DNA of 64,000 nucleotides from Bacteriovoracia bacterium (GTDB lineage Bacteria; Bdellovibrionota; UBA1018; JBFWNL01): NCBI GenBank assembly GCA_050251055.1, contig JBFWNL010000005.1, positions 160,001 to 224,000 of the forward strand, read 5' to 3'. Shown piece by piece: positions 57,124 to 64,000 of this stretch (position 1 is its first letter; each line of letters starts with the position of its first letter). The notes under the pieces were generated by a model. It saw only the letters and a program-made list of their open reading frames with translations, ran no database searches and was not told where the DNA came from. The position numbers and the translations under genes were made by a program.

Positions 57124-58982
57124 TGGGCGGCTTTTCGTGTCGGGGTGCGAAGGATCTTGATCACGCACCATTCGAAGGTAGCAATTGACCAAAGGAAGTC
57201 GGGTTGGGGCGCGTACTTCGATCCGTCGTCGATGGGCGCGGCCACCCGGTCGACATCCACGCGCTCGATCATGGTTCCTTCGTTATGGAAAACGCGGGTA
57301 AGCGCCTCCACCCACTTTCGCGCGATTCTCCGCGAGTCGTCGACGTAGCCATATTGACTCAAGCCTTGGATCGCGAAGTACTGGTAAGGCGCCCAGCCGT
57401 TGCTCCCGTCCCACTGGTGCGGCGAGCGGGGAGCTAACGAGGCCCGAATTCCACCCGGCCCTTCCAACGCCGCTCCGGCGCTTCGGAGGGCCGCCGCCTG
57501 CTCCGGTGACGCGAGCTCCGCGAAAAGCGGGGCGAAGGTGTTGCCGGAAACGACGGCGACCGGTCGTCGTTCCCGTAGGTGGTAATTGTAATAGAATCCC
57601 GTTTGGGGATCCCAAAGATATCGGTTCATCGCATCGATTCGCTTCCGCCGGGCCTCCCGGTAAAAAGCGGACTTTGCATCGTCGCCGAGTTGCTCGGCCA
57701 TCCAGGCCAGGTCCGCTTCCACTTTTCCCAGGACCGAGTTGAGCAATACGCTGGCGATCTGCGTCGCTTCTCCCTCGTGCGTCTCTGTAAAGTCTTCTCC
57801 CGACTCCGCGCCGGCCCGAACATCCCGATAGGTTCGTCCCAGGCGTTTCTCGTCATCGGCCCCGAAGCGTTCGGGGCGGGGAAGGTTCACGGCGTCCCAG
57901 TGGTGGTTGAGGCCGGTCTTGGCATCGTAACGGGTCGCGGGATTCATCCAAAAATCACGGTATTCGCCTTCGAGCAGCGGGAGGGCGCGGCGATGAAGCC
58001 ACTCGCGCAACCGTGCGATTTTGGCCGCGTTGCTCCGCGCCTCGGCCAACGACGCTTCAAACACGTTCCTCGTCATTGACGAAAGCAGCGGCGGCTGCGA
58101 ACGCGTGAGGTAGTAATCGCGTCCGCCGTTTGGAACGAAGCCGAACTTTCTCACCGACGACAGAAGATTTTCCACCTGCATCTGCGCGAGTTCGAGCCGC
58201 CCGGTCGCCAGCGCGCCTTCCACGCCAAAAAATAAATCCCAGTTGTAGTATTCCGAGAATCGGCCGCCGGGAATCAAAGTGGGGTAGGGCGTACCTAGGG
58301 CGCTGCTGCCGGCGCGCGGGGAGAGCACCCGCAGAAGCTTCGACCACGTGTTTTCCGCGTAAGCGAAAGCGGCGTCGACGCGTGAGTCACCCGATTGAAT
58401 TCGCCACCGCGGGCGTCCGATGGTCGTGACCGCCGGAACGAAGTCATCTCCCGCCTCGTAGGCGCCATCGATCCACGTCTTTAAAAATGCCCGCTCCCCG
58501 TCGGCGCCACCGCCGGCCGCGGCCCTGGCTTGTTCGGCACGTCGATGCAGTTTTTGCTTGGCCCCAGGATCAAGCGCACGGGGCTTTAGGTCGCTCACGT
58601 GCTTGAAATCGGGATAGGCGCCCGCGATCCGTGCCTGTTCCAGAATAGGGTCGGTCACTCCGGCCGATGCTTCACGGGAGATCGCGACGGCCCGCGCGGG
58701 TAGGGTCACGAGCGAGAGTTCGTCCAGATCCGGCACCTGCGGGTATGCGGTGCCCGCACGCAGCGATTCGATGTGCGCGACCATCGCCTCGAAGCGCGCC
58801 AGCTCGGCGGACGAAGGGAAAACCCGTCCGTAGATCCGGCGAAGCATCGTCTGCCGGAGACAATCAAGACGGCTGGCCCACCCCGCAGGAGAGCGCTCGA
58901 ACCCAACTTGGGGCAGCGGAAGGTGGTCCCAGGTCGTGGCGAGGACCAGTAGTGCGGTAAGAAAAGCATGACGGACCCGCAT
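57120..58982 (-). CDS. Alpha,alpha-trehalase (GH37)
   Basis: PGGRF.E.Y.WD; PNG.R.YY..RSQPP; PRPE; AESG.DF; QWD..NGWAP. Confidence 0.92.
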   Translation of the reverse strand: MRVRHAFLTALLVLATTWDHLPLPQVGFERSPAGWASRLDCLRQTMLRRIYGRVFPSSAELARFEAMVAHIESLRAGTAYPQVPDLDELSLVTLPARAVAISREASAGVTDPILEQARIAGAYPDFKHVSDLKPRALDPGAKQKLHRRAEQARAAAGGGADGERAFLKTWIDGAYEAGDDFVPAVTTIGRPRWRIQSGDSRVDAAFAYAENTWSKLLRVLSPRAGSSALGTPYPTLIPGGRFSEYYNWDLFFGVEGALATGRLELAQMQVENLLSSVRKFGFVPNGGRDYYLTRSQPPLLSSMTRNVFEASLAEARSNAAKIARLREWLHRRALPLLEGEYRDFWMNPATRYDAKTGLNHHWDAVNLPRPERFGADDEKRLGRTYRDVRAGAESGEDFTETHEGEATQIASVLLNSVLGKVEADLAWMAEQLGDDAKSAFYREARRKRIDAMNRYLWDPQTGFYYNYHLRERRPVAVVSGNTFAPLFAELASPEQAAALRSAGAALEGPGGIRASLAPRSPHQWDGSNGWAPYQYFAIQGLSQYGYVDDSRRIARKWVEALTRVFHNEGTMIERVDVDRVAAPIDDGSKYAPQPDFLWSIATFEWCVIKILRTPTRKAAH

Positions 58983-59081
58983 CTTTAACTTATCGGAGCG
59001 TTGCCGGATTTTTAGGCCGGATTATTTCTTGATCGTCAAAGAGCTGACGGAAGGGGCGGGCCGATCAAGGCTGAAGCGAGG

Positions 59082-59855
59082 CTAATTAGGCCTTTCGCCG
59101 GTTTTCAAGGACTCCAGGACTTTGATTAGGTCCAACGTCTCAGCGCGTTTTTTATAATCGGCATCGAGATAAGAATAAACAATATGCCCCTGCTTGTCCG
59201 CGATATAGGTGGCGCTGACCGGAAGTTCATCAGAGTTATTGCCATTTGATTTCTGCAGGTCGATGCCGAAATCCCGGTAGAGTTGCACGAGGTTTTTGGG
59301 GAGTTTATACACAAGCCCAAACTTCTTGGCGATTTTGTTCCCCACATCACTGAGTACATAAAACTTTAACTCCGCTTTTTGCGCGGTGGTCAAGCTATTG
59401 TTCGGAGTCTGCGGGGAAATGGCTATGAGCTGAGCCCCCAGGGCCTGAATTTTTTCGAGATGCTTCTGCAAATCATGAAGCTGAAGGTTGCAATAGGGAC
59501 ACCATCCTCCCCGGTAGAAGACGATGACTAAAGGACCGTGCTCGAACAGGGAGTTTGTATCTATGGACTTTCCATCTACGTTTGGGAGCTGGAAGCGTGG
59601 AACCGTATCTCCTTTCTTTAACGCATGATCGACAAGGTGGGACTTTCGGAGCTGATCGATGGCTCCGTCCATGATTTTTCGCTTCTCCGAAGGCGTCTTG
59701 GCCTTCGCGGCCTCCACTTTTTCATGAAGTTGTTCAGTCAACGATTTTTCCGCGGTCTTGACCGCTGGCTCTGTTGCGACACCAGCCGTGACAAGCATCG
59801 GAATTAAGACCGTCAGGAATAGACTAGTGTATACGCGTTGCTTCAAAGAGTTCAT
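59082..59855 (-). CDS. Peroxiredoxin-like AhpC/TSA protein
   Basis: FYRGGWCPYCN; AISP; LSD.GN; N-terminal TM/signal. Confidence 0.9.
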   Translation of the reverse strand: MNSLKQRVYTSLFLTVLIPMLVTAGVATEPAVKTAEKSLTEQLHEKVEAAKAKTPSEKRKIMDGAIDQLRKSHLVDHALKKGDTVPRFQLPNVDGKSIDTNSLFEHGPLVIVFYRGGWCPYCNLQLHDLQKHLEKIQALGAQLIAISPQTPNNSLTTAQKAELKFYVLSDVGNKIAKKFGLVYKLPKNLVQLYRDFGIDLQKSNGNNSDELPVSATYIADKQGHIVYSYLDADYKKRAETLDLIKVLESLKTGERPN

Positions 59856-60029
59856 AGACCTTCCTTCGGCAGTTGATTGCCTGGTACCGGTGAAGAAGCT
59901 TCCGGGGAGTCTTCGTGACTGGTATAACATATTTCCTGGAAACCGGTTCACATCAAACGGATCTGCGGCTCGGGCGTGGTAAGGGGCGGCAGTAAGGATA
60001 CATAGCTAAGTTAGATCTGGAGGTAGGCC

Positions 60030-60902
60030 TTGAAAAATATTGCCGTTATCGGCGCGACGGGAATGCTTGGAAACCCAGTGGCCAAAAGGTTTTCCGACGC
60101 GGGTTATAATGTAACTTTGTTGGCGAGGGATTCAAAAAAAGCATTCGACACGTTCGGCCCAGGCTTCAAACTCGTCACAGGCGACCTTCAGGATGTTGAC
60201 TCACTAAAGCGGCTACTTTCTGGTCAGGATGAGCTTTATTTGAATTTGTCGGTAGATCAAAAAAGCAAGCAAAGTGATTTTCAGCCGGAGCGGGAAGGGT
60301 TGGCGAATGTTTTGCGGGCGGCGCAAGGCGCCTCGATCAAGAGAATCGGCTACATATCGTCCCTAGTTCAATTTTACCAGGGTCAAAATGGATTCAACTG
60401 GTGGGTGTTCGAGATAAAGCGAAACGCCGTTGCCCAAGTCAAAGATAGCGGGATCCCGTACTCAATATTTTATCCATCGACGTTCATGGAAAACTTCGAC
60501 AAAGGTGAATACATTCAGGGAAATAAAATAATCCTCGTCGGGGAGTCCAAGTACAAAATGCATTTCGTCTCCGGCATTGACTACGCGAAGCAGGTCGTCA
60601 AGGCGTTTCAGTTGCCCGATGGTCGCCAGGAGTATGTGGTTCAGGGGCTGGTTGGTTATACCGCCAATGAAGCAGCTGAGGTTTTTTTAAAAAGATACTC
60701 AAGGAAAAAGCTAAAAATTTCTCGGGTCCCCATCGGTATTCTGAAGGTGCTTGGTGCTTTTTCGCGGAAGATAAATTTTGGCGCACATATCATTGAAGCA
60801 TTGAATAATTATCCGGAAAAATTTGAGGCGGAAAAAACGTGGGTTGACTTAGGTAAACCTGAAGTGACGTTAGAAGATTATATTTCTAGAGTTTCAGTAT
60901 GA
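60030..60902 (+). CDS. NmrA/SDR-like NAD(P)H-binding protein
   Basis: GATGMLG Rossmann motif; GGAGG RBS. Confidence 0.85.
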   Translation: MKNIAVIGATGMLGNPVAKRFSDAGYNVTLLARDSKKAFDTFGPGFKLVTGDLQDVDSLKRLLSGQDELYLNLSVDQKSKQSDFQPEREGLANVLRAAQGASIKRIGYISSLVQFYQGQNGFNWWVFEIKRNAVAQVKDSGIPYSIFYPSTFMENFDKGEYIQGNKIILVGESKYKMHFVSGIDYAKQVVKAFQLPDGRQEYVVQGLVGYTANEAAEVFLKRYSRKKLKISRVPIGILKVLGAFSRKINFGAHIIEALNNYPEKFEAEKTWVDLGKPEVTLEDYISRVSV

Positions 60903-61201
60903 TTTTAGTTACGCAATTGCTTTATTTGGTAGCCGGTAAAGAGCGAGAGTTTGACGAATTCGAAAACATGGCTATTCCCCTAATTCAAAAATATAGAGGG
61001 AGACTTTTGCTTAGAATTCGGCCCACCCAAGAAAGCGTCGTGGATCACGGGATTCCCATTCCTTATGAGGTCCATCTCATTGAGTTTCGGACGGACGAGG
61101 ATTTCCGCCTTTTTTTAGGTGATGACGATCGAAAAAATTATCTTCATCTAAAGCAGCAGTCCGTTAGTGAGGCGGTTTTGATTCAGGGGGCCAGGCTTTA
61201 G
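60899..61201 (+). CDS. DUF1330 family protein
   Basis: F..FE..A.P....Y.G..L.R; H..EF. Confidence 0.75.
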   Translation: MILVTQLLYLVAGKEREFDEFENMAIPLIQKYRGRLLLRIRPTQESVVDHGIPIPYEVHLIEFRTDEDFRLFLGDDDRKNYLHLKQQSVSEAVLIQGARL

Positions 61202-61220
61202 TGCCGAGCCCATTTGACCT

Positions 61221-62162
61221 ATGTTTAACTATAATCACCTCTATTATTTTTATGTGACGGCGAAGTTGGGCGGCGTAATGAAAGCGGCGAAAGCGTTGCG
61301 GATCGCCCAGCCCGCCTTAAGCTCCCAGATCAAAACTTTGGAAACGCAGATAAAGCGGAAGCTTTTTCAGAAATCGGGACGCCGATTGGTGCTGACGGCC
61401 GTAGGGCATCGCGCCTTTGGTTTTTGCCGAAGGGCGTTTGAAGCAACCGAGGAGTTTTCGGATTATCTGAAGTATTCGGATCGAAATGTGCGTCCTCGCC
61501 TGAAGATGGGGGTTTCGCCCGAAATCGAGCGGCCTTTCCTGTCCGACGCGCTGAGCGCCATTTTGCGGGAGGACCCGCAGTCGGCACAAATTCCACTCGT
61601 CAGCATGCAAACAGCCTCGGCCGAAGTCTTGACGGAAAAACTCCGAACCCGGGAGTTGGACGCGGTGTTGACGGGAAAGCCCTTCTATTCGCCGGAAATT
61701 AAGACGGCCGTGGAAATGCAAATGCCCGTCGTCGCGGTCGCCACGCCAGTCTTTCTGAGAAAGGTAGGAATCTCTAGGCAGGGCACTTGGCCGGGCCTCT
61801 TGAAGCAATGGCCCCAAGTGGGGTTGGTGCTTCCCGCCGAGGCCTTACGGTTACGGATAGAAACGGATGTTCATCTGCAAAAAAACCGAGTTCGGAATCC
61901 GGTGGTGTTTGAGAGCGATATTTTGTCCGCCGTAATTCGCGCCGCCGTGGAAAGCGCCGGTATCGCCTTCTTACCGATTCCCTACATCCGAGCCGAGTTG
62001 AAGTCGGGGAAGTTGGTGGTCCTTGGACCTGGCGCGCCGCTTTGGCGGCATTCCGTTTATTTTTCCGTGTTGGGCACGAAGCGCGAGCCTTCGCTGTTGG
62101 ATCCCATCCAGCGGCATTTCGAGGCGATCGCGCGGGAGTGCCGACGGGACCGTCCGCGTTAA
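61221..62162 (+). CDS. LysR family regulator (NhaR-like N-terminus)
   Basis: NYNHLYYF...A..G....AA..L...QP..S.QI..LE. Confidence 0.9.
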   Translation: MFNYNHLYYFYVTAKLGGVMKAAKALRIAQPALSSQIKTLETQIKRKLFQKSGRRLVLTAVGHRAFGFCRRAFEATEEFSDYLKYSDRNVRPRLKMGVSPEIERPFLSDALSAILREDPQSAQIPLVSMQTASAEVLTEKLRTRELDAVLTGKPFYSPEIKTAVEMQMPVVAVATPVFLRKVGISRQGTWPGLLKQWPQVGLVLPAEALRLRIETDVHLQKNRVRNPVVFESDILSAVIRAAVESAGIAFLPIPYIRAELKSGKLVVLGPGAPLWRHSVYFSVLGTKREPSLLDPIQRHFEAIARECRRDRPR

Positions 62163-62599
62163 CTCACGGCGGGCCATGCCGTCACGAGCTTTCTAAGAAC
62201 CCATTGAATTCGGGTTTGCCTCTATCATCTAAGTCGATGATCCCCATAAGAGGGTGTGTTCTTCTTTGAATCATTCCTACCCGGAGAACGACCCCGAATG
62301 CGGTCGCTATTTGAGCTTCGGAATCAACGTGTCTCTGAAGTGCAACGATCTGTCGGCGGGACCGGTTCAATAGGTTGATCTATGGTCGGGGGTGGCTGGC
62401 CCTCTCGGGCCGGGCCGCCGAGCATGAATCGGATCAGTATACGCAGCGCTTCGTCGATAATTGTGCGTGGTCGCACATGGCGCAGACTAATAGCTCTTCT
62501 GCTTCGGCATCACGACGATTTCGACGGCCTCCTCGCGCGAATGGAAAAAAGATGGGGTGAAACCAGTTTGGTTTTGGGATAAGTTGTGCTTTTTAGAGG

Positions 62600-63049
62600 A
62601 TGAAAACTCATAAGGATTTAATCGCATTTCTAAAATCGAATAAGATGCGGGTCACGCCCGCTCGCCGTGTTTTGTTGCAGGTTATTTTGGATAATAAATC
62701 TCGCCAAATTTCCATCCAGGAAGTCCAGGGTTTTATGGCTAAACACCTCCGTGGCGTCGATCGGTCCTCCGTATATAGAAACATCGAAACTTTTCAACAG
62801 CTCGACATTATTCAAGAGATCAGTCTTCCCAAAGTGGGAAAGCGTTATCAGTACGTCTTCGACCGCAAAGTTCATCATTATTACATTTGCAAGTCATGTG
62901 GAAGGTCGCACCGGGGAAACCAAGAGCTGTTTGCAAAAATCGAAGAGGCACTTAGGGACGTGCACGGGTTTTTGAAGGCTAATCTTTCCGTTGTTTTTTA
63001 CGGACGGTGCGCGAAGTGTGCCGGCCGCAGTCCCGGCAAGAAATCCTAG
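62600..63049 (+). CDS. Fur-family transcriptional repressor
   Basis: R.T..R; SVYR; HH..IC..CG; G.C..C. Confidence 0.88.
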   Translation: MKTHKDLIAFLKSNKMRVTPARRVLLQVILDNKSRQISIQEVQGFMAKHLRGVDRSSVYRNIETFQQLDIIQEISLPKVGKRYQYVFDRKVHHYYICKSCGRSHRGNQELFAKIEEALRDVHGFLKANLSVVFYGRCAKCAGRSPGKKS

Positions 63050-63052
63050 CGC

Positions 63053-63277
63053 CTATCGATCCCTTACGGAGAATATTTTGTGCTTCCCCTTGAATCCGGA
63101 AACGAGCTCAATCCCCCCCTTGGGGGAATTAAAGTAATCCGCAAGTAGTTCGCGGATTCTCTCATTCGCTTTCCCCTCCACGGGAGGGACGTGAACGCGC
63201 ACGATGTAGCTTCCATCGGGCAGCCTATCGACCGATTCAACCTTCGAGTTCGTTTTGACCTGAACGGAAATCTTCAT
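63053..63277 (-). CDS. DUF167/YggU family protein
   Basis: PPVEGKAN; L.SG.K.K.K. Confidence 0.9.
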   Translation of the reverse strand: MKISVQVKTNSKVESVDRLPDGSYIVRVHVPPVEGKANERIRELLADYFNSPKGGIELVSGFKGKHKIFSVRDR

Positions 63278-63283
63278 CTGCGA

Positions 63284-63640
63284 TCATGCTTTTCTGACGA
63301 ACTCGGACTTCAAGTTGATCGATCCAATCCCGTCCACCTTGCACGCGATGTTGTGCCCGTCGTCGCCGTCGGTAAGCCGGATATTCCTGACTTTGGTCCC
63401 CCCTTTGATTGAGCTGGAGGAGCCTTTGACCCTTAAATCCTTGAGAACGATTACGGAGTCGCCATCGGTCAATATATTCCCGTTCGCGTCTCGGATGGCG
63501 GGGCTTGAGGTTTCTTCGGGGGCAGTGCTTTCTGCGACCGCGTCTTTCGTCCACTCGTGGGCGCATTCCGGGCATACCCATAGGTCCCGATCGGGATAGA
63601 TATTTTCTGAATCGCATTTTGGACACCGATCTTGAGTCAT
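63284..63640 (-). CDS. yjdM: YjdM/PhnA zinc-ribbon protein
   Basis: CPKC; CPEC.HEW; DANG..L.DGD; KDL; LKSEFV.K. Confidence 0.92.
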   Translation of the reverse strand: MTQDRCPKCDSENIYPDRDLWVCPECAHEWTKDAVAESTAPEETSSPAIRDANGNILTDGDSVIVLKDLRVKGSSSSIKGGTKVRNIRLTDGDDGHNIACKVDGIGSINLKSEFVRKA

Positions 63641-63672
63641 GTCCTTCCTCCTTGCGTCGGATTTGGCAAACC

Positions 63673-63696
63673 ATTATTGCAACAAGTTGCAATAAT
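63673..63696. promoter_or_regulatory. Perfect 11-2-11 palindrome, candidate operator
   Basis: ATTATTGCAAC-AA-GTTGCAATAAT, 33 nt upstream of the yjdM start. Confidence 0.6.
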
Positions 63697-63767
63697 TGGC
63701 ACGGGTTTTTTTCCGGCGACCATATAGTAAGGAGATTCCCGGGGAGGGGGGGCGAGGTATAGCGCCG

Positions 63768-64000
63768 TCACTTCTTCCCGTACCAACCACAAATCATAAA
63801 CGCCTGAAAGAACCGGATTGGAATTTCGATTCCGGCTTGGCGGATAAGTGATTCAGTCTCAGCCGGCGATATAACCGTCAGCATATCCTTTATTTGATTC
63901 GGTAAATTTGCCAATGATTCTGGGGTAGCGCCCATCATCTCCTGCACCGATCCCCACTTCTGTAACATTGAAGGGAATTCGGTCGAATTAAGATCGAAGC
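63768..64000 (-). CDS. Class I SAM-dependent methyltransferase, C-terminal fragment (truncated by window)
   Basis: E.E.L.R.AG......FFQAF.I.GW tail; frame is open to the window edge. Confidence 0.6.
   Translation of the reverse strand, partial: FDLNSTEFPSMLQKWGSVQEMMGATPESLANLPNQIKDMLTVISPAETESLIRQAGIEIPIRFFQAFMICGWYGKK

Noticed and set aside
62182-62582. Short ORFs between the LysR and Fur genes
   Set aside because: No RBS or recognisable motif; not called as genes
1-64000. CRISPR arrays, tRNA/rRNA, IS elements, prophage, defence systems
   Set aside because: No repeat-spacer arrays, cloverleafs, transposase/integrase or nuclease motifs seen by eye

Overview
Gene-dense, GC-rich bacterial chromosomal window. 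Gene content and protein style suggest Bdellovibrionota/Oligoflexia (inference). No rRNA, tRNA, CRISPR, prophage or transposase was seen. Contents: (i) a general-stress island at about 2.0-9.0 kb (DUF1328, SPW, two BON proteins with one frameshifted, AI-2E, hemerythrin, DUF883, DUF3341-like, CsbD, SYLF) with sigma54 -24/-12 motifs before most transcription units and further matches elsewhere; (ii) a translation/RNA-modification cluster at 18.2-26.3 kb (DeaD, DbpA, YciH, DTW, an orphan HExxH protein, EpmC, and a Tgt fused to an MnmC/MnmD-type methyltransferase); (iii) ahcY behind an SAH riboswitch, ada/ogt, apaG, an ABC-2 exporter, MATE and two sensor kinases; (iv) orphan secreted proteins, including a beta-helix protein with two 3-repeat modules resembling the P2 beta-prism domain of animal perforin-2/MPEG1; (v) a CPA antiporter and SLC12-like cotransporter converging on a trehalase; (vi) a lower-GC tail with LysR, Fur, YggU and YjdM. 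The best candidates for undescribed biology are the MPEG1-P2-like beta-helix protein, the Tgt-methyltransferase fusion (possible N-methyl-preQ1 at tRNA position 34) and the sigma54-driven general stress regulon. All family calls were made by eye; no searches were run.
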